Counted from the stretch's first letter, positions 49,312 to 58,315 are shown. The stretch is DNA of 64,000 nucleotides from Candidatus Latescibacterota bacterium (GCA_965205975.1 OZ242195.1:4672001-4736000), one strand, 5' to 3'. Numbers and translations: made by a program. The notes: a model not told the origin generated them from the letters alone.

Positions 49312-49854
49312 TTACTCGCGGCTAAATGGAATTTCAGATGCCCTTTTTATGACCACCCATCCTCGACGGTCTCGTTTCTTAACATCCAGCGGTTTTGTAG
49401 TACGTACGTGCCGTATTTTCATTAAAGTAGCAAATGAAGCTTTTTGACGGCTTGTCCAGAATTCCGGATCTTCGGCACAAAGAGCTTCAGTAAATTGAGT
49501 CCGTATTTCTCTCCAAGACTCTGAATCCAACAAATAAAACCAGGCAGTACTCACTTGACATATTCCAACTATTGGTCCTCCTGATTTTTTAAGTAAAACT
49601 AAATCGCCTTTATTTACCTGCCCATAGGGAGCACACCTGTTGGATGAAAACCTTGATTCTACAGTCTTCTTACCATCAAGAATAAACTGAAGATAAGGTT
49701 CGATAAAGATTGCAAGATGAACCGCATACGGTGCTGGTTCCTCAGGATTGAATTCCTGAAGATAGCTATTCCAAAAAGTATCCTCCCTGAATTCTGACTG
49801 CAGATAATCAATGATAAATGAACTAAAATTCCTGAGAGAACGGAAATCCTCCAT
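49312..49854 (-). CDS. ASCH domain protein
   Basis: PYLQFILDGKKTVESR (GxKxxExR), GDLVLLK..GPIVG. Confidence 0.87.
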   Translation of the reverse strand: MEDFRSLRNFSSFIIDYLQSEFREDTFWNSYLQEFNPEEPAPYAVHLAIFIEPYLQFILDGKKTVESRFSSNRCAPYGQVNKGDLVLLKKSGGPIVGICQVSTAWFYLLDSESWREIRTQFTEALCAEDPEFWTSRQKASFATLMKIRHVRTTKPLDVKKRDRRGWVVIKRASEIPFSRE

Positions 49855-50424
49855 AGCTTAGATTCTCCCCTTTTTCGATGTCTATGATTCTGTTGATTTG
49901 ATCAGAAGTAACAGACACCAACTTTGCTTCGTCTGGTTTCAACTGACCTTTCAGATTTTTCGAAACGGCTATGTGGGGAGAGGTACCACAGGCCAATGCC
50001 TGAAAGATAAGTTCTAATACGTTAAGACCATCGCACGCGAACACACGGTTTCCTGATGTCCAAACATCAACCTGTTGACGACGGGGATCTCTTCGGCTTA
50101 CGGTAGGATTGACATGCACTCCAAAGGAATGCGTGAAAATACGCTTCATACCAGGGAGGGGCAAGAAGAACTACCGATGCTTGAAAATCGGGAGGTGGAT
50201 CTCTAAGAGCGTCATTCGGCTTGTCGGGCTTGTCGGAACGCACCAGATGATATTGTTCTGACCGTTTCGCCGTTCAACCTCATCTGTCTGACAACGTCCA
50301 GAATGTGTGAAGGGTAAACTCCTGGAAGTGACATCAGTATCTGATCCAGATTTTTTTAATTCCGTGTAACGGCTTTATTTATCTAATCTTCGACCTTTCT
50401 TTCGAATTCGTTGGCAGCAATCAT
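49823..50424 (-). pseudogene. Decayed DPPW/Y-type amino-methyltransferase-like gene
   Basis: ATGA-coupled to the radical SAM stop; in-frame stops at 50385 and 50358; LPGVYPS; second frame VVLL-APPWY-EAYF (50162-50148); third frame SRRDPRR..DVWTSGNR. Confidence 0.65.
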
Positions 50425-51443
50425 CTGTTTAATGACACTCCTTTAAGTGGCACATCGACAATACAGCACTCCCTTTCAGTACCTGTAAAACGACATTCCA
50501 AACTTTGTTGCCAAGCTTCTATGGCTATCCATTGATTCTTCAGAGCTTCTTCAAATCTTTGTGTTAACCTCTTACCCATTGGTGCAAATTCGCGGATCTC
50601 AAGCGGGACTATACGAAGCGGCAAATTTTCATCCAGTGTCTGAAGGCGATCAAGAAAATGGTTCATATCGTCTTCTATTTTGTTTGACGACAATGATGTA
50701 AATGTCGCGTAGCCATACAGATCGATTTTGAGATGTAGAAATCTTTTCATCAATTCAAACTGACGACCAAAAAGTAAGGGGTCTGCTTGGGTGTTAAAAG
50801 AAAATGATTCAGGACTAAAACCTTTGAAACAGCATACTCGGCCATAATTAGAAAATCCCTCTATTCGTTCAAGATCAATGTCGGAGAGATAATTCCAAAA
50901 ATAGTCATTGCTCAGATTATCGTCTGACCAAAGATAAACTTGCTGCTCAATACCACGTTCCTGAATTTCTTGCATCATCCACGGTACCCATTCAGGAACT
51001 AAATCAGGCTGTCCTCCTGTTAGATCAATTACACATGGAGGATTGGACTGATCAAGATAGAGGTCAATCAGTTCGGCAGGTTTGACCAAGGTAGAGAATT
51101 TGTGATTAGCAGATAGCAATTCGAAGGGCACATAGCAATACCAGCATCTCCAATTGCACGAGGCATTTTGAAAAACCTGTGCTCGCATCTTATCTTTTGG
51201 TGCTATATCAAGAGCTCTGCAGACCGGATCAATTGGTAAGGGATTCTCTGGCCACCCCTCGCTCGTTTTACGACCAAAATGCCGTATGCGACCTAGGCCC
51301 TTACAATTAGGAGGCTCACTCAGATCCTGCTCTTGTTCTGTGCCGATGAAATTGGTGATGAGCAGACGACGGTTCTCAAGATCTACTGATTTTTTCCTGA
51401 GGTGTTCAGAAAATTCGTCTGTATTGATCGTCTTGCTGCTCAT
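50421..51443 (-). CDS. Radical SAM protein of unknown subfamily
   Basis: CNWRCWYC (CxxxCxxC), IDLTGGQPDL. Confidence 0.9.
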   Translation of the reverse strand: MSSKTINTDEFSEHLRKKSVDLENRRLLITNFIGTEQEQDLSEPPNCKGLGRIRHFGRKTSEGWPENPLPIDPVCRALDIAPKDKMRAQVFQNASCNWRCWYCYVPFELLSANHKFSTLVKPAELIDLYLDQSNPPCVIDLTGGQPDLVPEWVPWMMQEIQERGIEQQVYLWSDDNLSNDYFWNYLSDIDLERIEGFSNYGRVCCFKGFSPESFSFNTQADPLLFGRQFELMKRFLHLKIDLYGYATFTSLSSNKIEDDMNHFLDRLQTLDENLPLRIVPLEIREFAPMGKRLTQRFEEALKNQWIAIEAWQQSLECRFTGTERECCIVDVPLKGVSLNR

Positions 51444-51461
51444 GTCACAACCACCTCTTTT

Positions 51462-52052
51462 TTAAGACTGCCTTTTCTTCTGTCTGATTGGAGGCACCTT
51501 CTCCCCCTTTACAGTCAAAGTAGGTAATTTCTCATTTATATAGAGCATAACAAGCTCTGTAACGTACTTGATCTCTTTCTCCGTGAGGTCTCTGCCGAGT
51601 GGGATATCGTGCCAATATTCCATGCATTTCCGACAACAACAGGCAGTAGCATGTTGCGCATAATAGATCGAATTACCCTTGAAAGGAGTTTGACGTCCAT
51701 CCCGATTGGGCTCCGCAGGCCCTACGTACTTACGAATCCTGTGTTCTGCAGCTTCTTTGAGACGAATTAGACCCTTTCTACGAGCATGATTTATTGCTCT
51801 AAGGTCAATATCTTTGTGCCAATAGTGGTGACGAAAATATTCTATCTTCAATGAATCAAATGTATGCTTAACATCTGACAAATTGCGTTTATGTACCCGC
51901 TTCCAATCAACTAAATCAGCATCACATTGGCGACATCTTCCTTGCTCATTCTTCTGCTTCATCCGTTGGGTAGCTTTGAAGCAATGAAGGTTGTCTTCGC
52001 AATTTGTGCTGGTGCATGTAATCTTCAACGGTTTCAGTTCTTTTTTAGCCAT
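51462..52052 (-). CDS. DUF4186 family protein with Cys-rich N-terminal extension
   Basis: PAEPNRDGRQTP, AQHATACCCRKCMEYWHDIP; N-terminal CTSTNC...HC...CRQC. Confidence 0.87.
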   Translation of the reverse strand: MAKKELKPLKITCTSTNCEDNLHCFKATQRMKQKNEQGRCRQCDADLVDWKRVHKRNLSDVKHTFDSLKIEYFRHHYWHKDIDLRAINHARRKGLIRLKEAAEHRIRKYVGPAEPNRDGRQTPFKGNSIYYAQHATACCCRKCMEYWHDIPLGRDLTEKEIKYVTELVMLYINEKLPTLTVKGEKVPPIRQKKRQS

Positions 52053-52062
52053 GCGTCAATCC

Positions 52063-53511
52063 TCAATACAGACCATCATCTATTGCACGCATTAGTAGAT
52101 CTCTATCGAATTCGTTGAGGTAACTAAGATCTACGTGTTCGAGTAGTATATCCCGAGCGGTGACCCAGGGTAGAGGATCTGTTTTCTGCAGGTTGCTGGC
52201 TGCTCCCCACCAATTTAACTTCTGTGACGACAGTCGATATGCTATGTAATTGGCAAGAGCATCTGCCTCTACACTTTCCTTTTCAGCCACTTCGGGAACG
52301 ACCCTTTTCAACCATTCTACTTTTCCTTCAGCAGCCTCAACACATTTTTCAGCAAGTTCCTCCGCGCGTCCCGCAAGCATGACATCATCAGCGAAATCAT
52401 TCGCAGCGGCCTCCTCATCAGAGCCTTGCCTTTCTATTGGATCAGTCTCAACCATAGCATATTCTTCGCTGTCGGGATCTTCGCCCGCATGGGCAAGTTC
52501 ATGCAAAAGATCGAATAGCCAACGCGCTAATGAATTCGTCCCTTGTTTCAGTACGATCACATTCCGGTATTCTATCCGCCAACAGGCACCATGGAACGCG
52601 CCTGGATCACGCAACGGCAACACGGGTATACCTAAGCCCCATACATAGCGTAGCACATTTTCAAATGTGACAGATCCATAGGAAGACAGTATCTCCTCTC
52701 TCACTTTGAGACCATTTGTAGGCACTTTTTGTGGTTTCAGATCCTGCGTTGTATCAAGAAGATGCAGACCCAAAATATGGGCAAACATAGTATAGGCACT
52801 TAATCTGGTTCTTTTTGCATATACAGGAGTTTTAAATCTTCCAGCTCTCGCAATAGCAGAATCCATTATTAATGGACGAGAACCAAAGATCAGAGTAGGA
52901 GACCATCCAAATACGCGAGCAATTGCTGTAGCAACCTGCAATGGTACATTTCCGGTTTGGCTCTTTTCATTCTCTTGTTCTATGTATGCGACTAAATCTC
53001 GCGGCAGTAATCGATTGAATATAAAATTCTTCTCAAAACCGGATTTTTCCATCCGACTGAAGATTTTTTCCAGTGAAAATCGTTCTGAAGAAAGAAAAAG
53101 GTCCTCTTGCATTTCAATACCTAGAGCTTCTACGATCTCTTTCAATCGTTCAAGATTGGCAGTCGCATATTCATTTGCTTCGTATCGCTGTATTTGTTGC
53201 TCTTTGAGTCCGAGACGATGGGCAAGTTCCTTCTGAGATAACCCCATAGCAATCCGAGCCTGAATGAGAGCACGAGGAAGATCAGTAAGTGAAAGACGTT
53301 CGAGAACATCGCGCTTACCTTCTACAAGCGCGTCGTATTCCTTTACCTGCATACGGAGTTCCTCATATTGACTTCTCAATGCATCCTGATGAGCTTTCTG
53401 GAGTAGAGGATGAATATTCTTATCTTTATTTTCAGCCAACTCCGCCAAAGCACCCTCAAACTTCCTCATCTGGGCCTTGGTGATCCGATATTGTCTCTCG
53501 TTTTTGATCAT
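52063..53511 (-). CDS. XRE-family HTH fused to ImmA/IrrE (DUF955) metallopeptidase
   Basis: MIKNERQY N-terminus; LSQKELAHRLGLKEQQIQRYE; LLHELAH (HExxH); EEAAANDFA. Confidence 0.9.
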   Translation of the reverse strand: MIKNERQYRITKAQMRKFEGALAELAENKDKNIHPLLQKAHQDALRSQYEELRMQVKEYDALVEGKRDVLERLSLTDLPRALIQARIAMGLSQKELAHRLGLKEQQIQRYEANEYATANLERLKEIVEALGIEMQEDLFLSSERFSLEKIFSRMEKSGFEKNFIFNRLLPRDLVAYIEQENEKSQTGNVPLQVATAIARVFGWSPTLIFGSRPLIMDSAIARAGRFKTPVYAKRTRLSAYTMFAHILGLHLLDTTQDLKPQKVPTNGLKVREEILSSYGSVTFENVLRYVWGLGIPVLPLRDPGAFHGACWRIEYRNVIVLKQGTNSLARWLFDLLHELAHAGEDPDSEEYAMVETDPIERQGSDEEAAANDFADDVMLAGRAEELAEKCVEAAEGKVEWLKRVVPEVAEKESVEADALANYIAYRLSSQKLNWWGAASNLQKTDPLPWVTARDILLEHVDLSYLNEFDRDLLMRAIDDGLY

Positions 53512-53513
53512 AT

Positions 53514-53957
53514 CTACCACCCACTTAGGTCTATGGCTATAATCCCTTTTGGATCGCCCGTAGCTTTATCGGTCTGGAAAAAATCGAGAAAAATCCTGTA
53601 GGGAGGCGTAGTTTCTGCCTCAAGATGAGCAGGAAAGAATTCTCCATGGTATTTGGCTTTTTGTGCCGCCCGTTGATTATCGAAGTTTAACAGAACGGGA
53701 TCAAGTAATGCCAGATCAACCCCGCTGTCATCCCAGCATGCATCAAAATCTCCAGGGATTTCTTTATCTGTAACAAAACTTCCATCTATGTAAACAGTCG
53801 AGCAGCCGGCTGCTTTCAAAGACTTTAATCCTTGCTCCAGGCCATCTAAGAGTCTGCGCCTATGAGCGGTCACACCGAATCTGATTTTGAATTTTTCCCA
53901 AGTTGTCCAATATATGCCGACGGGTAAGCATCCGTTAGAATCGAAAAGTGGTATCAT
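53514..53957 (-). CDS. Pol-beta-type nucleotidyltransferase (DUF6932-like)
   Basis: MIPLFD.NG.LP.G; YIDGSFVTDKEIPGDFD; PKGIIAIDL. Confidence 0.82.
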   Translation of the reverse strand: MIPLFDSNGCLPVGIYWTTWEKFKIRFGVTAHRRRLLDGLEQGLKSLKAAGCSTVYIDGSFVTDKEIPGDFDACWDDSGVDLALLDPVLLNFDNQRAAQKAKYHGEFFPAHLEAETTPPYRIFLDFFQTDKATGDPKGIIAIDLSGW

Positions 53958-54031
53958 AGATTCGCCGTATCTTCTGACAGATTCCGACGGGTAGCAGCTG
54001 CCCGCCAAAGCTAAATCCAATAAAGTATAAA

Positions 54032-54072
54032 TTATCAACACAACAATATAGTTGTGTTGATAAAAATGTCAA
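54032..54072 (-). promoter_or_regulatory. Island promoter with a perfect palindromic operator
   Basis: Minus strand TTGACA(54072-54067)-16 nt-TATATT(54050-54045); TTATCAACACAAC-aatata-GTTGTGTTGATAA. Confidence 0.8.
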
Positions 54073-54112
54073 GAACTAATTTTTCGTTTTCGGATTACAT
54101 TTGAAAGGTTAT

Positions 54113-54886
54113 TCAACTCATTTCAAGAATACCCAATCGATCTTCACGCAAATGATTTCTCAACTCGCGATAATATTGTTCTCGGACTTCTATGCTTTTC
54201 ATGTTAGCATCAATGGTATATCCTGCGGGCTTAAACACCATAAACATCACTTTCCGGGGAAACGCATCAATATTGATAGATGCGCCGTGGACCATTGCCG
54301 TGGTGCAAACCGTCATCTGTCCTGCCTTTGCAAGCAAAGGAACCGGATCGGCAAAAGGCAACTCGGGAAGTTCTCGAAATGGGACTGGATTCCGAATATA
54401 AGTCCCGTGCTTTTCCACATCCTCTGCAATCAAACGGTGGCTGCCGGGTCGGTACATGAGAGGTGCCCGTTTTTCCGTCACATCGCTCAACCAGAGCAGA
54501 CAACTGCAAAGCATCTGTTTGGGTGTGACATCCAGGTCTGAAAGACTATATTTTATATCCACATGTTCGGAAAAACTGAATAGTGCGCCGGGCTGTGGAT
54601 AGGAGGTGACAACAAACGCATTAAAAAAATGCACGGCATCGGCCCCCAATGTCTTTTTCGCCACAGCTTCCAAAAACGGATCCTGGATCAGATCCAGCAA
54701 TTCAGGCTCGAGAAAATACCGTTGTCCCACACGATACTGGGTCGGTTTTCCATCTTCCGGGCCTTCAAACGGCAGCATCCGATCAAAAACCCTCGAAACA
54801 CGATCCAGCCGCGCTTTACTAAAAGGCGTATCGATAGTTACCGCCCCGACCTCTTCAAATTGTGCAATTTCAGATTCGCCAATCAT
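54113..54886 (-). CDS. PhyH family dioxygenase
   Basis: QFEEVG, EHVD, WLSDV, RPGSH, MVHG; AGGAGG RBS. Confidence 0.85.
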   Translation of the reverse strand: MIGESEIAQFEEVGAVTIDTPFSKARLDRVSRVFDRMLPFEGPEDGKPTQYRVGQRYFLEPELLDLIQDPFLEAVAKKTLGADAVHFFNAFVVTSYPQPGALFSFSEHVDIKYSLSDLDVTPKQMLCSCLLWLSDVTEKRAPLMYRPGSHRLIAEDVEKHGTYIRNPVPFRELPELPFADPVPLLAKAGQMTVCTTAMVHGASINIDAFPRKVMFMVFKPAGYTIDANMKSIEVREQYYRELRNHLREDRLGILEMS

Positions 54887-54906
54887 AACATACCTCCTAT
54901 ATCCTT

Positions 54907-56136
54907 CTACGCATCCAGCCATGCATCCTCAAACACCCGACATCCGACGCCCTCCTGCCCCATGGGACTGCATGCGTAGAGTGTGATATACTGGGACTCA
55001 TTGAGAGGACCAACAGTACTGTACGAAAAGGTCTCCGGCTCGATAACCTTGTGGCACCAGGTCTGACCTTCGTCATCGCTAAAATAGATCGCACCGCGCT
55101 GGCGCTCTGTAGCGTGCTGCCGCTCGGATTCGGGCAGGCTGGAGCCATTGGGAATAGAAAAGAGCAAACGCCTCCCGCCCCTGGCAAGCGTACCGTGGCA
55201 GAGCACCCCACTGATATCGACGAGAAAGGGCCGGGACCACGTCTTGCCACAATCCGTCGAAGTATGGGCAATGCGCTGCACAGGACCGGGACGCACCTCC
55301 GAGAAGGGAACGTGGGCTTCGAGCATACCGCGCGAATTCAGCCTGCGGACGAGCAACAATTCCTCACCGCGGTTAATCGACACAGCGGAAGCTTCATTAC
55401 CCAGATAATCTGTAATAAAGCCATCCACGCGCCAGGTCTCACCCTGGTCATCGCTATAAATAACGGCAGAACCGGACTGGGGATGGTTGCGAAAATAATC
55501 CGTAACGGCCTCCCCCTCGGGCACCACAGTAACAGGTCCCCCCAGAACGTACCGCCCCCGATGAGGACCTTCGGAAATCGCGTGAACCTGACCCACCGCG
55601 TTAAACATAATCAGCGTACCATCGGAATACCGGTGATTCAGAGGCGACCGGTCCCCGAGCAACATCTCCATAGTCCAGGTATCGCCATCGTCATCCGAAT
55701 CAAACCGGCAAAGAACCATAGGCGTATCGCGCCCCACGGCATCGATATCGATACCGGACTGCGCCCGCATCTCGCCATAGTCCTTGTCGTAAATATTCTC
55801 CGTACCCCGCAAATCAACCATAGACAGAACAGACACGCGCTCACGTCCATCACGTTCGGAAAGATACGCAGACACCGCGTAGTGGGTGATCCGACCCGAA
55901 ACCGCCTTCGCTGGCGACCACGTCGCGCCCCAATCTCTGCTCCTGCTCGTCAGAATCACCTTCGGATCGTCGTCGCGGCCTCCGCGCAACCTACCCTGAC
56001 AAAAGGCGATCAACACGCCAGCGCGCGTAACGACATACGACGGCTGAAACGTGCGACACACCTCCTCACCGTGCACCTCAAAACCAGGCTCAAAAGCCAG
56101 CGTCCGTTCACTCAAACCATTTTCAAGCTGCCTCAT
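54907..56136 (-). CDS. Sialidase-like BNR/Asp-box protein
   Basis: Five Asp boxes: SRDWGATW, SDDDGDTW, SDDQGETW, STDCGKTW, SDDEGQTW. Confidence 0.87.
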   Translation of the reverse strand: MRQLENGLSERTLAFEPGFEVHGEEVCRTFQPSYVVTRAGVLIAFCQGRLRGGRDDDPKVILTSRSRDWGATWSPAKAVSGRITHYAVSAYLSERDGRERVSVLSMVDLRGTENIYDKDYGEMRAQSGIDIDAVGRDTPMVLCRFDSDDDGDTWTMEMLLGDRSPLNHRYSDGTLIMFNAVGQVHAISEGPHRGRYVLGGPVTVVPEGEAVTDYFRNHPQSGSAVIYSDDQGETWRVDGFITDYLGNEASAVSINRGEELLLVRRLNSRGMLEAHVPFSEVRPGPVQRIAHTSTDCGKTWSRPFLVDISGVLCHGTLARGGRRLLFSIPNGSSLPESERQHATERQRGAIYFSDDEGQTWCHKVIEPETFSYSTVGPLNESQYITLYACSPMGQEGVGCRVFEDAWLDA

Positions 56137-57488
56137 ACGCTCTTCTCCTGATCAAAAGGCTGCTCCGAGTGATAAATCTCCCGATCCGCCTCCAGCAGAA
56201 ACGACCCGTCTGACTGTTTAATCCATTGCGGAACATCGGAGTGACCTTCTCTATTCGGCACAACCCCCATCAAAATGGGATCTTCTGTCTCCTCGAGAAA
56301 CGCGGTTAATTGCCCCTCCAAATCATCGCGAACCTTTGAAAAACGCGGATCATCTGCAACATTGTTCAACTCATACGGATCGTCTGCCAAACTGTAAAGC
56401 TCCCGATCCGGTGCCGGTCTTGAAAAAAGTGCCTGAACAACCTCTCGCCTGTTCTGAAAACGATTCACCCACCCATTATCGACATAATTTGGCACCCGCG
56501 CAAAATTGCGGATCAGCTTGAACTGATCTGACCGAACGCACCGCATCGGCGTATAATACCAGTTCCCAGCACGCCGCCCCCAGGTCTGCTCGCTAAACAC
56601 CACAGACCGACCGGCCCATCCCGCACCGGAAAACAACCCCCGAAAACTCCGCCCCAGAATACCATCCGGTTTCTCCAGACCGCACAATTCCATCAACGTC
56701 GGCAGCAGATCCAGATTGCTAATCAAATCGCCATACACAGCACCAGGAGCAATCTCAGACGGGTATCTCATAAGCAAAGTCGTGCGGATACCCGCATCGT
56801 AAAGCGTGTGTTTTGCCCGCGCAGTCGCCACACCGTGTTCGGTAGTAAACACCACAACGGTCTCATCCGCCATCCCACAATCATCAAGTGCATTCAAAAT
56901 CCGCCCCACTTTTTTATCCAACGCCCCAATCTGCCGACACAACGCGGCGAGATCTTTACGCACCTCCGAACAATCGGGCAGATCCGGCGGCACAACCATC
57001 CTCTCCGCAAGATCTGGATCGTAATCCAGACCAAAAGGTCTATGTACCTCCGAGAAAGAGACCTGCAAAAAAAAGGGACGCTCGATAGACGGTGCTTCTT
57101 CTCGCAAAAAACGCTCGACCAGCATTTCCACACCAGCCTTCCCCTCTATCACACGCGAAAAACCCGCCCAGGATGGATCATTCAAAATCATCAACCGGTT
57201 GCTCAGCACCGTCTCATAGCCCACATCCTGAAAATAACGCGCCATACACACAGCATCATCACGATATGGAAATTGTCCCCACACACCGATCATATGCGGC
57301 ATCTGGCTGCAATACAAGCCAACGCGACTGGGAATACAAATGGGTGCCGTCGCGATAAATTGCGAAAACCGGGCACCCTGAAAAGCCAACCGATCCAGAT
57401 TTGGCGTCGATACATCAGGCCGGTCATAACAACCGAGCCAATCGCCCAAATCGTGACAGTCGATAAACACAACATTGGGTTGTTTCAT
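56133..57488 (-). CDS. Sulfatase (N-sulfoglucosamine sulfohydrolase-like)
   Basis: PNVVFIDCHD, CIPSR, EVHRPF, AKHTLYDAG. Confidence 0.9.
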   Translation of the reverse strand: MKQPNVVFIDCHDLGDWLGCYDRPDVSTPNLDRLAFQGARFSQFIATAPICIPSRVGLYCSQMPHMIGVWGQFPYRDDAVCMARYFQDVGYETVLSNRLMILNDPSWAGFSRVIEGKAGVEMLVERFLREEAPSIERPFFLQVSFSEVHRPFGLDYDPDLAERMVVPPDLPDCSEVRKDLAALCRQIGALDKKVGRILNALDDCGMADETVVVFTTEHGVATARAKHTLYDAGIRTTLLMRYPSEIAPGAVYGDLISNLDLLPTLMELCGLEKPDGILGRSFRGLFSGAGWAGRSVVFSEQTWGRRAGNWYYTPMRCVRSDQFKLIRNFARVPNYVDNGWVNRFQNRREVVQALFSRPAPDRELYSLADDPYELNNVADDPRFSKVRDDLEGQLTAFLEETEDPILMGVVPNREGHSDVPQWIKQSDGSFLLEADREIYHSEQPFDQEKSV

Positions 57489-57639
57489 ATCCTGGTTCCT
57501 CTATCTCATCAAAGACCTGAAATTGCCACATCGCACATCTTGTGGAAACAAAATGTGGGCAACCAGTATCACAGTTTTCAGGTTGTCACATTAACTCTGG
57601 TATAGACACATAATAATATAAGCCTTTTGTGTAATAATA

Positions 57640-57667
57640 TTGACAAAAAATTATAAATAGATATACT
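57640..57667 (+). promoter_or_regulatory. Sigma-70 promoter, probably giving a leaderless abiEi mRNA
   Basis: TTGACA-16 nt-TATACT; ATG follows 7 nt after the -10 box; no SD. Confidence 0.7.
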
Positions 57668-57674
57668 TTGACAC

Positions 57675-58280
57675 ATGTCTAAAAATTCACCTGAAAATCA
57701 AGTTCTGGAGCTGGCACAGCAAGGTCTCTTGAGAGTTTGCGATCTGACATCCCGGGGCCTTCACCCCGAATATCTGCGCCGACTATATCAGAAGGGACTG
57801 GTACGACGGGAGGGAAGAGGCCTGTACATTGCAGCCGACGCCGAGATTTCGGTACACTATGGGCTGGCGCAAGTAGCAAAGCGCGTTTCCCACGGGGTAA
57901 TTTGTCTGCTGTCAGCCTTGAGCTTCCACGAAATCGGCACACAGCTACCGCATCAGGTCTGGATGGCCATTGACCGCAGAGCAGCCAGGCCAAAGATGCA
58001 ATTTCCTCCTCTGAGAGTGATGCGGTTCTCCGGTGCTGCACTGACTGAAGGAATCGAAACATATCGGATTGAAGGCGTTCCCGTTCAGATTTTTAACCCC
58101 GCCAAAACAGTTGCGGACTGCTTCAAATACCGCAACAAAATCGGCCTGGACATCGCTCTTGAAGCGTTGAAAGAATGCATCCGCGACCGTCGCACCACAA
58201 TGGACGACCTCTGGCACTTCGCAAAGGTCTGTCGCATGACCAATGTGATGCGGCCCTACATGGAAGCTATCGTGGCATGA
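57675..58280 (+). CDS. abiEi: Type IV TA antitoxin, AbiEi family
   Basis: GRGLY, VICLLSALSFH, PAKTVADCFKYRNKIGLD. Confidence 0.9.
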   Translation: MSKNSPENQVLELAQQGLLRVCDLTSRGLHPEYLRRLYQKGLVRREGRGLYIAADAEISVHYGLAQVAKRVSHGVICLLSALSFHEIGTQLPHQVWMAIDRRAARPKMQFPPLRVMRFSGAALTEGIETYRIEGVPVQIFNPAKTVADCFKYRNKIGLDIALEALKECIRDRRTTMDDLWHFAKVCRMTNVMRPYMEAIVA

Positions 58281-58315
58281 AAAGAGCGCGTCCCAAAAAC
58301 CAGCAAAACGGGTAG
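58277..58315 (+). pseudogene. 12-codon stub at the position of the AbiEii toxin
   Basis: ATGA overlap; MKRARPKNQQNG* runs into a terminator hairpin. Confidence 0.55.

Noticed and set aside
50356..50385. Stop-codon recoding in the methyltransferase-like gene
   Set aside because: Both TAG and TAA occur together with frame breaks and a changed catalytic residue. Decay is the simpler explanation.
50421..51443. Calling the radical SAM protein a prokaryotic viperin
   Set aside because: A kinase neighbour is suggestive, but I do not see viperin-like sequence around the CxxxCxxC motif. Left unassigned.
54032..54063. Chromosomal dif site
   Set aside because: Perfectly symmetric, only loosely XerD-like and centred on a -10 box. 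An operator is more likely, so dif is kept only as an alternative.
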